Below, one piece after another: positions 40,208 to 50,802 of a stretch of DNA of 64,000 bases (position 1 is the stretch's first letter; each line of letters opens with the position of its first letter). A program made the translations under genes and the position numbers. The stretch is from positions 78,244-142,243 of the forward strand of contig JBBRWS010000001.1 in the NCBI GenBank assembly GCA_038249055.1, written 5' to 3'. The notes below the pieces were generated by a model. It did not search any database. It was given only the letters and a program-made list of their open reading frames with translations, and was not told the origin of the DNA. The DNA comes from Minisyncoccia bacterium. GTDB lineage: Bacteria > Patescibacteriota > Minisyncoccia > Phycocordibacterales > UBA9973.

Positions 40208-40320
40208 ATTTAAAGTTTAATCTAATTGTTACAGTTTAAAAACAATTAGTCAAAGTTAATTTAAAAAGGTGGTTTATCTACAAAAGATAAACCACCTTAG
40301 AATTGAAAAATAAAAATAGT

Positions 40321-40518
40321 TTAGGTTGGGAATATAACATGTTCATCATCGTGATTGCGATGACGGCTTGATTTGAAGAATGTAAATTCTTCTTCCTTTT
40401 CCTTGTTGTTTAATACACTGTCTTGCTCATTTTTATTTTCTGTTTCAACTGGATTTTTTGGGGTAGGTAGCTCGCCAAAATGCAATCCTCTAACTTCTTT
40501 AAAGAAATTTTTTTTCAT
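40321..40518 (-). CDS. small hypothetical protein
   Basis: 65-aa ORF; terminator hairpin at 40264-40298 lies downstream. Confidence 0.3.
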   Translation of the reverse strand: MKKNFFKEVRGLHFGELPTPKNPVETENKNEQDSVLNNKEKEEEFTFFKSSRHRNHDDEHVIFPT

Positions 40519-40773
40519 AATACTCTTATGGCATCCTTTATGCCGTTTAAATGATTATTTTTAGAAATATTATCATATAATCGTTATAAATTCAACTATT
40601 TTAAATATTATGATTATTTGTTATTATAATAAGGAAGTAAAGTTCCTTGAAGTATATTGACAAATAGTGATATTTGTGATATACTATAAAGGAGTTTGAT
40701 TGATTAAGTTGGTTAATTTGAATAGGTGATTTAAGAGTCATTTATTCAAATTAACTCACTTAAAATCAAAAAT

Positions 40774-41103
40774 ATGAAAGCTGTACGTTTTTACAAGAAT
40801 GATAGTTATGGAAAATTAACTTTTTCTGTAATTATTAACAAAGAAGAGTTTAGTAAAAAAGTTTCAAATTTTTCCAATCAAGCAATATTTTATTTTTTTG
40901 TTCTATGTGGTCTTGTGTCTTTCTTGACTGCTGGATACTGTGTGGAACAAATGAGTATGTCGTTTGATCAGTTTATCCTAATCGTTGCATTAGGTGCCAT
41001 TGGATCGATTCCTTTAATTATTCTCCATTGGGAGAAAGTTAAAGAATTGTTTGCAATTGCAAAGGAAAAAACAGAGGCATTAATTCTAAGAATTTTTGCT
41101 TAA
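40774..41103 (+). CDS. small membrane protein
   Basis: 109 aa, two TM helices. Confidence 0.4.
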   Translation: MKAVRFYKNDSYGKLTFSVIINKEEFSKKVSNFSNQAIFYFFVLCGLVSFLTAGYCVEQMSMSFDQFILIVALGAIGSIPLIILHWEKVKELFAIAKEKTEALILRIFA

Positions 41104-41171
41104 AATAATTAAATTCGGCCCGATTCACTTATGTGTTTCGGGCTAAATTTTTATGTTATACTCTAAATATA

Positions 41172-41297
41172 TGATCCCGTTAGAGATGTGCATGTTATAT
41201 TATACGGGTAAGTTTGAATTATTTATAAAATTTATATTATTAACTAAAATTAATAAGATACGTCCCATCTAATGAGGGACTATCTCTAATGGGATGA
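41172..41297 (+). repeat. Family B element, copy 1 (inverted repeats ATCCCGTTAGAGAT / ATCTCTAATGGGA; flanking TGA duplication; 3' end coincides with the rsmI ATG)
   Basis: arm sequences co-vary relative to the other copies (AGAGAT/ATCTCT vs AGAAGC/GCTTCT). TGA at 41172-41174 and 41295-41297. Confidence 0.7.
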
Positions 41298-41989
41298 CAC
41301 AAGAAGAAACAGGAATTTTATATATAGTAGCAACTCCAATCGGTAATTTGGAAGATATCACTCTTCGGGCACTTCGCACTCTTAAAGAAGTGGATACTAT
41401 TCTTTGTGAAGATACTCGCACTACAAGAGTACTACTTAATAAATACGATATTCATACAAAGACAATGAGTTACAATGCTCATGCTACAGATAATAAGGAA
41501 TCAATAATTATTAAGATGTTGAAAGAAGGTAAAAATTTGGCCTTAGTGTCAGATGCAGGAACTCCGTGTATTTCTGATCCAGGTGTAATGCTTGTTGCCA
41601 ATGTAAAAAATGAACTAGGCGATGATGCCAAAGTAGTACCTATACCTGGACCAAGTGCTTTAGTCTCTGCATTATCTGCAAGTGGGGTATCATCAGCAGA
41701 ATTTGTTTTTCTTGGTTTTCTTCCTCATAAAAAAGGTAGAGAGACTTTGTTTAAAGAAATTGCGAATAGTAAAAGAGTAATAGTTTTTTATGAATCTACT
41801 CATCGTATTTTAAAAACGCTGTTATCTTTATCAAAACATGCACCAGAATTTAAAGTTGTTATAGGGAGGGAAATTACAAAGCAATTTGAGGAATTTGTGC
41901 AAGGTACACCTGCGGAAGTTTTAGAATATTTTACTGTGCATAATGATAAACAAAGAGGGGAATTTGTTGTGATTGTAGAGCCGAAATAA
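41294..41989 (+). CDS. rsmI: 16S rRNA (cytidine1402-2'-O)-methyltransferase RsmI
   Basis: GILYIVATPIGNLEDITLRALRTLKEVDTILCEDTR. Confidence 0.85.
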   Translation: MTQEETGILYIVATPIGNLEDITLRALRTLKEVDTILCEDTRTTRVLLNKYDIHTKTMSYNAHATDNKESIIIKMLKEGKNLALVSDAGTPCISDPGVMLVANVKNELGDDAKVVPIPGPSALVSALSASGVSSAEFVFLGFLPHKKGRETLFKEIANSKRVIVFYESTHRILKTLLSLSKHAPEFKVVIGREITKQFEEFVQGTPAEVLEYFTVHNDKQRGEFVVIVEPK

Positions 41990-42011
41990 ATAATATATAA
42001 TGTAACAGTTA

Positions 42012-42139
42012 TGAGTCCCGTTAGAAGCCGCGGTCACGGAGAGCGGGATATAAGATTATTGAATTATTAAAAAATTAATATTAAGCATGTTGTGTTTGTT
42101 ACCTATAATGGTGATCGCGACCTGCTTCTAACGGGATGA
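42012..42139 (+). repeat. Family B element, copy 2
   Basis: TGAG|TCCCGTTAGAAGCCGCGGTCACGG ... GATCGCGACCTGCTTCTAACGGGA|TGAG; ends at the ATG of the 42136 gene. Confidence 0.75.
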
Positions 42140-42351
42140 GAAAAGAAAAAACATTATTTATTATAGGCTTATGGATTGTATTATTATCATTTTCAGGATT
42201 TTCACCTTTTGTGCGCAAGATCTTATTTTCGATTACAGGTTTAGCCATTATGTATCTAGCTTATTTATATTATTTAGAAGTTAAATTTCGTCTATCAAAA
42301 GATATAAATAATAGTAAAACATTTGTAGACAATATAGGAAGTAGTGAATAA
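42136..42351 (+). CDS. small membrane protein
   Basis: 71 aa, two TM helices. Confidence 0.4.
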   Translation: MRKEKTLFIIGLWIVLLSFSGFSPFVRKILFSITGLAIMYLAYLYYLEVKFRLSKDINNSKTFVDNIGSSE

Positions 42352-42353
42352 CT

Positions 42354-43580
42354 ATGTCATTTAATAAAAATACAAAAAGATTTATTTTTATTGGCCTCGC
42401 AATTTTTGTTTGCGGGGTTATTGTTTATTATTTTTTATCAATGATTTATGGTAATGATATAAAATACGATATAAATCAAAATTTAATTAATAACAATGTT
42501 GGTGTATTAAAAAGTGATGTAGAAGATTTAAAAGAGAAAAATTTAATAGAAGAAAATCTTAAAGAGATAGTTCCGGTTACTCACATAGAAACCCCGAAAC
42601 AAGTAAAATCTCTCTATATGTCTGGCTGGGTTGCGGGGTCTAAAGATTTTGTTACGTCTCTAATAAAAATAGTAGATGAAACAGAACTCAATGCTGTTGT
42701 AATAGACATTAAAGATTCTACTGGTCGTCTTAGTTTTCAAATAGATGAGCCTAGTATACAAAAAATTGGAAGTGCCGAAAATCGAATTAAAGATGTAAAA
42801 GCACTTACTGCATTACTTCATTCTAAAAATATTTATATTATAGGAAGAATTTCAACATTTCAAGATCCATATCTAACAAAATTAAAACCAGAATGGGCAA
42901 TAAAGAAAAGTAGTAATGGTGAAGTTTGGAAAGACAGAAAAGGGCTATCTTTTCTTGATCCGACAAATAAGGAGGTACATAAATATCTTGTGTCTATTGC
43001 TTTAAGTTCTTATGAATTAGGGTTTGATGAAATGAATTTTGATTATATAAGATATCCTTCCGATGGTAATATGAAAGATATAAATTATAATTTAAAAAAT
43101 GGTGATACGAGATCTGATAATATGGAAAAGTTTTTTAAGTATCTCAGAGATGAAATTAAAAAAGATATAGATATTCCCATATCAGCTGATCTTTTTGGTT
43201 TAACAACAGAAGCAGATGGTGATATGGGAATAGGTCAATTATGGGAAAAAACTATTCCGTACTTTGATTTCGTTTGTCCCATGGTATATCCATCACATTA
43301 TCCTAGTGGATATTCTGGATATAAAAATCCATCACTTTATCCTTATGAAGTTGTAAATAAAGCTCTAGCAAGTGCTGTAGTTAAAACAAAAGCTATTAAC
43401 GAAGATATTTCTAAAATACGTCCCTGGTTACAGGATTTTGATTTAGGTGCTACTTATACCAAGGAGATGATGAGGGCTCAAATGAAGGCAACTTACGACA
43501 ATGGATTAAATTCTTGGATGTTATGGGACCCAAGCAATAAATATACTCCTTCTGCATTAAAACTTGAAACTATTAATTAA
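42354..43580 (+). CDS. membrane-anchored putative glycoside-hydrolase-like (GHL10/DUF187-type) protein
   Basis: N-terminal TM helix; NFDYIRYPS motif. Confidence 0.4.
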   Translation: MSFNKNTKRFIFIGLAIFVCGVIVYYFLSMIYGNDIKYDINQNLINNNVGVLKSDVEDLKEKNLIEENLKEIVPVTHIETPKQVKSLYMSGWVAGSKDFVTSLIKIVDETELNAVVIDIKDSTGRLSFQIDEPSIQKIGSAENRIKDVKALTALLHSKNIYIIGRISTFQDPYLTKLKPEWAIKKSSNGEVWKDRKGLSFLDPTNKEVHKYLVSIALSSYELGFDEMNFDYIRYPSDGNMKDINYNLKNGDTRSDNMEKFFKYLRDEIKKDIDIPISADLFGLTTEADGDMGIGQLWEKTIPYFDFVCPMVYPSHYPSGYSGYKNPSLYPYEVVNKALASAVVKTKAINEDISKIRPWLQDFDLGATYTKEMMRAQMKATYDNGLNSWMLWDPSNKYTPSALKLETIN

Positions 43581-43600
43581 TTTTGTAATAATAAGAAAAG

Positions 43601-44824
43601 ATGAATAAAAATATTAATTTAAAAAAGTTAGGTTATGTAATAATTTTTCTCCTTGTTATTTTGGGTTTTTTGGGTTTTGGTGTTTATATTGGATATTCTC
43701 AAAGACCTGAAATAGAAAAAATTTCTTCTATAGTGAATAAAGAAACACAAGTAGAGACAGGAGCCGATTTTAGTGCTTTTTGGAAGGTATGGAATATATT
43801 AAATGAAAAATCAATATATGCTGAAAAAACAAAAGATCAAGACCGTGTTTGGGGAGCTATATCTGGTCTAGCATCATCAATGGGAGATCCTTATACAGTA
43901 TTTTTCCCACCCAAAGAGAATAAATCCTTTAATGAAGAAATATTGGGTTCTTTTGAGGGGATAGGGGCTGAAATAGGGATAAAAGATAAAATACTTACAA
44001 TTATTGCCCCTCTAAAAGATACTCCAGCGTTTAGATCTGGGTTAAAAGCTGGAGATAAAGTCATAAAAATTAATAACACTACTACACTTGGGATGACAAT
44101 AGATGAAGCTATTGATTTGATTCATGGGCCAGGTGGAACTAATGTTACCATTGTTGTTCTTCGTCCAGGAGAAAAAGAAACAAGAGAATTTATTATAAAA
44201 AGAGAAACAATTCAGATTCCTACGTTAGATACAGAATTGAGAGATGATGGAATATTTGTTATTAAACTCTATAGTTTTTCGGAAAACTCAGACAATTTAT
44301 TTAAAGATGCGATTATTAAATTCATAGATGCAAAATCTAGTAAATTAGTATTAGATTTAAGAGGTAATCCAGGAGGATACTTGGGTTCCGCTGTAAATAT
44401 TGCGTCATGGTTTATAGATGAAGGTAAGACCATATTAATTGAAGATTCTGCGGATGGAAGTAAACCCAAAATTTATAGAAGTCATGGGCCAAGACTGTTC
44501 AATGAAAATCTTTCATTTGTTGTATTAGTAGATGGTGGTTCAGCTTCTGCTTCTGAAATATTAGCTGGTGCACTCAAGGAACATGGGATTGCAACTTTGG
44601 TTGGAGAAAAAACTTTTGGTAAGGGTTCTGTTCAAGAACTTATAAAAATAACAGAAGATACTTCTCTTAAGGTTACAGTGGCCAATTGGCTTACACCAAA
44701 CGGAGTTTCTATATCATTATCTGGACTTGAGCCTGATGTAAAAATCCCATATACTTCAAAAGATGCAGAATCAAAAAAAGATCCACAAATGGATAAAGCA
44801 ATTGAAATATTAAATGCTAAATAG
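43601..44824 (+). CDS. ctpA: carboxyl-terminal processing protease (S41 family, PDZ domain)
   Basis: GIGAEIG, LRGNPGGYL, DGGSASASEI motifs. Confidence 0.8.
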   Translation: MNKNINLKKLGYVIIFLLVILGFLGFGVYIGYSQRPEIEKISSIVNKETQVETGADFSAFWKVWNILNEKSIYAEKTKDQDRVWGAISGLASSMGDPYTVFFPPKENKSFNEEILGSFEGIGAEIGIKDKILTIIAPLKDTPAFRSGLKAGDKVIKINNTTTLGMTIDEAIDLIHGPGGTNVTIVVLRPGEKETREFIIKRETIQIPTLDTELRDDGIFVIKLYSFSENSDNLFKDAIIKFIDAKSSKLVLDLRGNPGGYLGSAVNIASWFIDEGKTILIEDSADGSKPKIYRSHGPRLFNENLSFVVLVDGGSASASEILAGALKEHGIATLVGEKTFGKGSVQELIKITEDTSLKVTVANWLTPNGVSISLSGLEPDVKIPYTSKDAESKKDPQMDKAIEILNAK

Positions 44825-44839
44825 AAGTTTAATGGAGAA

Positions 44840-44966
44840 TGAATCCTGTTAGAATCTACGGTCACGGTTTTGATGGGATAAATAAATATTACTAGTTTAA
44901 TATAAAATAAGTAGAGCGTTGTTATTTATAAAATAATGACCGCGACCTGCTTCTAAACGGGATGAA
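44840..44966 (+). repeat. Family B element, copy 3
   Basis: TGAA|TCCTGTTAGAATCTACGGTCACGG ... GACCGCGACCTGCTTCTAAACGGGA|TGAA; ends at the rplI ATG. Confidence 0.75.
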
Positions 44967-45402
44967 AGTTATTTTACTTACAGATATACCAAAGATTGGT
45001 AATAAATATGATGTTAAAGATTTTAAAGAAGGTTATGCTCAAAATGTACTTTTAGCTAAAGGATTGGCTTGCCTTGCTACTAAATCAGAACTCGCAAAGA
45101 TTGAAGACAGAAAAAAACAATTAAATAAGAAAAAAGAAGAAGAAATAGAATCTTTCAAAAATTTAATCTCATCTGTAGGTGGTAAAATTATTAAAATAAA
45201 AGCAAAAGCAAATGAGAAAGGTCATTTATTTAAGGCAGTTGGACCTCATGATGTAGTTTTGGCGATTAAAGAAATAACGGGAATTGAAATTAGTGAAAAC
45301 TCCATAAAAATGGACCATATTAAAGTTCTTGGACAGCATTCTGTTTCAATAAAAAAAGGCGATATGAAAGGGGAGTGTGGAATAGTTATTGAGGCTATTT
45401 AA
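44962..45402 (+). CDS. rplI: 50S ribosomal protein L9
   Basis: MKVILLTDIPKIGNKYDVKDFKEGYAQNVLLAKGLA. Confidence 0.8.
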   Translation: MKVILLTDIPKIGNKYDVKDFKEGYAQNVLLAKGLACLATKSELAKIEDRKKQLNKKKEEEIESFKNLISSVGGKIIKIKAKANEKGHLFKAVGPHDVVLAIKEITGIEISENSIKMDHIKVLGQHSVSIKKGDMKGECGIVIEAI

Positions 45403-45405
45403 AAT

Positions 45406-45440
45406 AAAAACCCCTAAGACCAGGGTCTGAGGGGTTTTTA
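45406..45440. terminator. bidirectional terminator between rplI and rpmA
   Basis: AACCCCTAAGACC...GGTCTGAGGGGTT flanked by A/T runs. Confidence 0.6.
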
Positions 45441-45713
45441 TTATATAACGTGAACGATTTTCTTAACTGAAGATGTTCTATTGAAATTTACTTTTCTTTT
45501 AGTTCCAAATTTAACTTTTCCTTCTTTAAGAGCAAATAGAGTATGGTCTTTACCAAGTCCTACATTAGTTCCAGGTAGAATTCTAGTTCCACGTTGACGT
45601 ATGATAATTGATCCTGCTTTAGCTTGTTCTCCAGCATAAAGTTTCGTACCGAGGTACTTTGGATTTGAGTCTTTTAAGTTTTTAGCCGAACCTCCGGCCT
45701 TCCTATGTGCCAT
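45441..45713 (-). CDS. rpmA: 50S ribosomal protein L27
   Basis: [24 protein letters not shown]... Confidence 0.85.
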   Translation of the reverse strand: MAHRKAGGSAKNLKDSNPKYLGTKLYAGEQAKAGSIIIRQRGTRILPGTNVGLGKDHTLFALKEGKVKFGTKRKVNFNRTSSVKKIVHVI

Positions 45714-45764
45714 ATATTATTATTGCTAATCAGTAGCCAATTTATTAATTATAATCAAGTAAGT

Positions 45765-46163
45765 ATGAGTATACCTAATATTATCTATAAAATCAAGAGG
45801 AAGAGTGGTATTGACATAAACTCTATTATGTTTCTTCTTATAATAGTGGGGGTGGGGATAGGTTCCTTTGGTTTAGGTAGAATGTCTGTTAATACTACCA
45901 TTAGTGAAGGAGTTAATAATGAGTCAAATATTTCAGAAAAAGATAAAAATATTGAAAATATAAGTGATGATGGTATTATAATTTCAGCAGTTCCATTAAT
46001 ACAAACTAGAGAAAAGAGGTATGTAGCTTCAAAAAATGGTAAAATATATTATAGTATTGGATGTAGTGGTATAAGTCGAATTAAATTAGAGAATCAAATT
46101 TGGTTTAGTACAAAAGAAGATGCAGAAAAGTCTGGATATACCTTATCTACAACATGTCATTAA
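45765..46163 (+). CDS. small protein with Ada-like Zn-binding domain
   Basis: YVASKNGKIYYSIGCSGISRIKLENQIWFSTKEDAEKSGYTLSTTC. Start moved to MSIPN at 45765 to avoid overlap with rpmA. Confidence 0.5.
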   Translation: MSIPNIIYKIKRKSGIDINSIMFLLIIVGVGIGSFGLGRMSVNTTISEGVNNESNISEKDKNIENISDDGIIISAVPLIQTREKRYVASKNGKIYYSIGCSGISRIKLENQIWFSTKEDAEKSGYTLSTTCH

Positions 46164-46177
46164 TAAACATACATATA

Positions 46178-46307
46178 TGAATCCCGTTAGAAGCCGCGGT
46201 CGCAGTGTATTTATTATAATGTTGTAAATATTATTAATTATTTTTTGAAGTAGAGTCAGTGAGTTAATTTTTAAAATTGACCGCTACCTGCTTCTAAACG
46301 GGATGAA
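46178..46307 (+). repeat. Family B element, copy 4
   Basis: TGAA|TCCCGTTAGAAGCCGCGGTCGCAG ... GACCGCTACCTGCTTCTAAACGGGA|TGAA; ends at the ATG of the 46303 gene. Confidence 0.75.
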
Positions 46308-47199
46308 ATTATTTTATAAAATTTGTATAGTCGCATCATTAGCTTTATCAATCTTTGTTGCCAGAGATGATATTCTTTCTGTCGTAAATAATTTCTCCTC
46401 TTATATAAAAAAGGATATTGAAGAACCAATAATTACATTAGAAGAAAAAAAAGAAATTCAATTAACGGAAAAGGTTGATATGCCGGGAGCTCTTCGTGTA
46501 GTAGTGGATGATATAATTAATGGCAATATTAAATTATCTGGAAGTAATATAATAAAATTCACAAATAAATATAGGAATGAAAATGGTGCCTTAGCTCCAC
46601 TAAGTGAAAATCAAAAATTAAATATCTCTGCAGAAAATAAATTACAAGATATGTTTAATGGTCAGTATTTTGAGCATATATCTCCAAGTGGTGTTGCAGT
46701 CGGAGACTTAGGTGATCAAGTTGGCTATGAATATATCCTAATTGGCGAGAATTTGGCCTTAGGTAATTTTAAAGATGATTTAGCTTTAGTTGATGCATGG
46801 ATGGCAAGTCCTGGTCATAGAGCCAATATCTTGAATGAACATTATACTGAAATTGGAGTTGCTGTTGGTAAAGGTGTTTTTGAAGGCAAAAGTGTTTGGA
46901 TCTCTGTTCAGCATTTTGGTACACCAAGAAGTGTTTGTCCTCCTGTAGACCAAGTTCTTTATGGAATAATTGACATAAACCAAAATCAAATAAAAATAAT
47001 GGAAGATAGTCTTGCTCTAAGTAAAGAGAAAATAGACAAAATGGCCATATTTGAAGGGAATACCTATTTTGAACAAGTTAAACAATATAATAGTTTTATA
47101 GAAATTTATAATAAATTAATTGCGGAAACAAAAGAAAAAATAATTGATTATAATAATCAGGTGAGGGATTTTAATCTTTGCTTATTGAACTATAAATAA
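46303..47199 (+). CDS. CAP/SCP/PR-1-like (YkwD-type) secreted protein
   Basis: signal peptide; MASPGHRANILNEHYTEIGVAVG. Confidence 0.6.
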   Translation: MKLFYKICIVASLALSIFVARDDILSVVNNFSSYIKKDIEEPIITLEEKKEIQLTEKVDMPGALRVVVDDIINGNIKLSGSNIIKFTNKYRNENGALAPLSENQKLNISAENKLQDMFNGQYFEHISPSGVAVGDLGDQVGYEYILIGENLALGNFKDDLALVDAWMASPGHRANILNEHYTEIGVAVGKGVFEGKSVWISVQHFGTPRSVCPPVDQVLYGIIDINQNQIKIMEDSLALSKEKIDKMAIFEGNTYFEQVKQYNSFIEIYNKLIAETKEKIIDYNNQVRDFNLCLLNYK

Positions 47200-47362
47200 T
47201 TTTGGTTATTTGTAGTTGGGGGAGTGTTTTTTATCCTATTTAAGTGTTGATAAAAAATATGATAGAGTGTCGCACAATATATCTTTTACGACACTTAATC
47301 TTAAAATATAGTTATATATTACTTATATTCTTTAAAATATAATTTTTACTCACCCTTTATCT

Positions 47363-47956
47363 TTATTCTAAATTGTTTTCACTTATTATTAATTCTAGTT
47401 CCACTTCATCCGTAAATAAATATGATTTAATCCCCACTTCACTTGCAGCTAATAAATTTTTTTCTTGATCATCAAAATAAATACAATCTTCTGGATTAAG
47501 ATTATTTTCAGAAAGTATCAATTGCCATGCTCTTGTGTCTGGCTTAATAAACCCCGTTTTCCACGAAAAATACACCTTATCGGCGGATTCATGTATCCAT
47601 TGATAATTATTGTAATATTCAGATCTTTCTTTGAAGTTATTGGACAGTATGAATACTTTAATACCACTAGAACGCAATTTTGAGGCGTATTGTATCATTT
47701 GTTCCGATGGTATTTCTGACTTAAACCAATAATCCCAAAATTCTGATTCAGAAAATTTCAAATTCAATTCTTCAAAAAATGGTTTCCAGTATTCAAATGT
47801 AGGTCTTGCTTTGGGTTTTCGGACTGCTTCCATAATTTCGTTTAATTTTATTTTAAAAATTTCAGCATCAATATGAAAGTCCTTCTCAAACCTATCACTA
47901 AGTTTAGGGCTTTGTAAAAATATTCCATTTAAATCAAATATTACTGCTTTTATCAT
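47363..47956 (-). CDS. HAD-family hydrolase
   Basis: MIKAVIFDLNGIF motif I. Confidence 0.6.
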   Translation of the reverse strand: MIKAVIFDLNGIFLQSPKLSDRFEKDFHIDAEIFKIKLNEIMEAVRKPKARPTFEYWKPFFEELNLKFSESEFWDYWFKSEIPSEQMIQYASKLRSSGIKVFILSNNFKERSEYYNNYQWIHESADKVYFSWKTGFIKPDTRAWQLILSENNLNPEDCIYFDDQEKNLLAASEVGIKSYLFTDEVELELIISENNLE

Positions 47957-47964
47957 ATTTTTTA

Positions 47965-48198
47965 TTATCTTAGATTATCAATACTTCCAGCATCTTTTAC
48001 TTTTTTAAATCCAAAATTTTCCATTAGTTGTTTAGCCATCATCGATCTGTTTCCAGATTCACAATATAAAAACATTTCTTTATTTTTGTCAATATCTGGG
48101 TAAATACCTTCCATCATACTCATAATGTCGTGATGAATTGCTCCGTCTATATGTTCTCGTTCAAACTCCCCTTTTGTTCTCACATCAATTAAAATCAT
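47965..48198 (-). CDS. rhodanese-domain protein
   Basis: 77 aa; rhodanese active-site-like CESGNRS. Confidence 0.6.
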   Translation of the reverse strand: MILIDVRTKGEFEREHIDGAIHHDIMSMMEGIYPDIDKNKEMFLYCESGNRSMMAKQLMENFGFKKVKDAGSIDNLR

Positions 48199-48262
48199 TT
48201 TTGATTATTTTAGCGAAACAAATTATTTTTATTCGAATTTGTTTCATCTGTTTTATTAGTAA

Positions 48263-49417
48263 TTACTTTTTTCTTTTTTCTAAATATTTTTTATTTTTTA
48301 ATTTTTCTGGTAATAAATTATTATTTGTATATTTTTCATAATTTTTACCATAACCAAGTTCTTTGTTAAATTTAGTTGTAGGGTTACGAATATCAAGTGG
48401 AATTGATAAATTACCATATTTTTTAACATCCTCTAATGCCAGTAAATAAGCATTATATGCGCTCCTATCCTTTGGGGCCTGAGATAGATAAACTACTCCA
48501 TGTGCGAGGTTTATAGCACATTCTGGCATACCTATAGTCTCAATAGCACGAAAGACATCATTAGCAACAACTAATGCTGTAGGAAGAGCCAATCCAATGT
48601 CTTCTGAAGCAAATATAACCATACGTCTTGCAATAAATTTTGGATCTTCTCCAGATTCAAGCATTCTTGCTAAATAGTATAGAGCAGCGTCTGGTTGGCT
48701 TGCTCGCATACTTTTTATAAATGCACTTATTGTATTGTAATGTTCATCACCTTTTTTATCATATCGAAGAAATTTTGATTGAAGAGTATTTTTAAAATTT
48801 TCAATATTAATTTCTTTATATAAAGAAATAGTATTTTCAATCATCGCGATTGCTTGTCTTGCGTCACCTTGGGCCATAGAGATAAGCCAATCAGACGCAT
48901 CTTTTTTTATTTTATACCCAGTCCTTTTTATTATTTTTCGCATGTCTTCATTTGAAAATTCTTCCAAAATAAAAACTCTACATCTTGAAAGTAAAGCAGG
49001 AATAACCTCAAAGCTTGGATTTTCTGTTGTTGCACCAATTAATACAAGTCTACCACTTTCAACATAAGGAAGTAAAAAATCTTGTTGAGCTTTATTGAAA
49101 CGATGTATTTCGTCAAGAAAAAGAATTTTAGGACCTAAAAGAGTACCACTTCCACTTGGAGAAGAATTAAGTATTTGACGAATGTCTTCTTTACCGGCAG
49201 AAACTGCAGAAAGCTCGTGGTAGTCAGCATTTAGTGATTTTGCATAAATCTTAGCAAGAGTTGTTTTTCCTACTCCAGGTGGCCCCCAAAGAATAAATGA
49301 AAATATATGTTTTTCTGAAATAGCAATAGAAATAGGCTTATTAGGACCAACCAGATGTTCTTGGCCAATAAATTCAGTTAATTTTTGAGGTCTAATTTTT
49401 GAAGCTAATGGTTCCAT
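48263..49417 (-). CDS. rarA: replication-associated recombination protein A (AAA+ ATPase RarA/MgsA)
   Basis: WGPPGVGKTTLAKIYA, Walker B LFLDEIHRF. Confidence 0.85.
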   Translation of the reverse strand: MEPLASKIRPQKLTEFIGQEHLVGPNKPISIAISEKHIFSFILWGPPGVGKTTLAKIYAKSLNADYHELSAVSAGKEDIRQILNSSPSGSGTLLGPKILFLDEIHRFNKAQQDFLLPYVESGRLVLIGATTENPSFEVIPALLSRCRVFILEEFSNEDMRKIIKRTGYKIKKDASDWLISMAQGDARQAIAMIENTISLYKEINIENFKNTLQSKFLRYDKKGDEHYNTISAFIKSMRASQPDAALYYLARMLESGEDPKFIARRMVIFASEDIGLALPTALVVANDVFRAIETIGMPECAINLAHGVVYLSQAPKDRSAYNAYLLALEDVKKYGNLSIPLDIRNPTTKFNKELGYGKNYEKYTNNNLLPEKLKNKKYLEKRKK

Positions 49418-49507
49418 GTGTCTGTATTATAGCTTTATAATGTTATAAATTCCACTTAAATAATAAAACCCCCCAATTTTAAAATCGAGGGGGTTTTATT
49501 ATTTTAA

Positions 49508-49762
49508 TTAAATATTTTGAAGTTCTTGATCTATCGGTAACATGTCTGTATCACTAGTATCAGTTACATCAATATTATTCAAACTCGTATTTATAGATGT
49601 TGTGGAATCTGATACAACTGCAGTATTTAATTCAGTTTCTGTCTGAGTTAATACTTTTTCAGGTTCTGTTTTTTTACTACTATTTTTTATTAAAATTGTA
49701 GCCATAACCCCAACGATAATAATAACTATTATCGTCACTATTAAATTATTTTTTTTATCCAT
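49508..49762 (-). CDS. small membrane-anchored protein
   Basis: 84 aa, one TM helix. Confidence 0.35.
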   Translation of the reverse strand: MDKKNNLIVTIIVIIIVGVMATILIKNSSKKTEPEKVLTQTETELNTAVVSDSTTSINTSLNNIDVTDTSDTDMLPIDQELQNI

Positions 49763-49773
49763 ATAATAAATTT

Positions 49774-50610
49774 TTAGTTGTTATTTGTAGTATTATCATT
49801 TTCGACCACATTAGAAATTTCATCTTCATCAACTCTTGGAACTTTTGCAAGTGTTGTAGCGGTATCCCTTACCGCAGTGTGTGCTAATTTTATTTTTTCA
49901 TTTAGAGCTTTTATATCAGAGCCAAATGTGTCTCTTAGTTTTTTCATTTCAGTCCTAAGTGAGGACTCATCTGTTATAGTCTTTGATATTGAATAAGTTT
50001 TACTTATTTGTTTTTGTATTTCTGATCTAGCTAATTCAATAGCCTTTTCCGCAGATACTAATTTTGAGGATATTTCGGATACATTTAAAATTTTATTTTC
50101 AGCTTTAGAGATTCGTGAATTTATACTAAAAAGTACATTTTCTATTTGATTTATTTTTTCAGTAAGTTGATCTGTTCTTTTTATATTTAATTCCTCTATG
50201 TTGCTTACAATTTTTTCGGCAGAAATTTTCTTTTTCTCATCTTTTATTTTTGTAAGACCTTCTCTTAGTTTATTTTTTAGTTCTTCAAATTTTAATTTTG
50301 ATTCTTCTTTTTTTAGTTCTAATTCTTTTTTAAATTCCTCACGTTTTAACTTTGTTTGTTGCATCATTTGCTCTATTTTGATTTTATACATTTCCCTTTT
50401 TGATTCCAATTCATCTCTCATATTTTTTGCTTCATTTTTTGCTGCTTCCATTGCTTGTTCACGTTTTATTTTATTTTCTTCTCTGTTTAAATTATTATTC
50501 AACTGAGTATCTTCAGGTGTGTTGTTATCCTCGGCGGAAGCTATAAAACCAAAAATCAAAGATAATATTATGACAATTGACGATATACTATATTTTATAT
50601 TTTTTCTCAT
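49774..50610 (-). CDS. secreted coiled-coil protein
   Basis: signal peptide; long K/E-rich heptad-like region. Confidence 0.5.
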   Translation of the reverse strand: MRKNIKYSISSIVIILSLIFGFIASAEDNNTPEDTQLNNNLNREENKIKREQAMEAAKNEAKNMRDELESKREMYKIKIEQMMQQTKLKREEFKKELELKKEESKLKFEELKNKLREGLTKIKDEKKKISAEKIVSNIEELNIKRTDQLTEKINQIENVLFSINSRISKAENKILNVSEISSKLVSAEKAIELARSEIQKQISKTYSISKTITDESSLRTEMKKLRDTFGSDIKALNEKIKLAHTAVRDTATTLAKVPRVDEDEISNVVENDNTTNNN

Positions 50611-50802
50611 TGTTTTTTGAAGTAAATTACATATTATATATATAATTTACAAGATTAAATTTATAAATTAAAATTAAATTTTTTATTTCATTATTAACTG
50701 CGACCGTATTCATAATGAACTCACTATATAATTGTAAACTATTTATTCAGTAAATCAAATAAAGACCCCTTATAAAAAATATATTTTATAAGGGGTCTTT
50801 AT

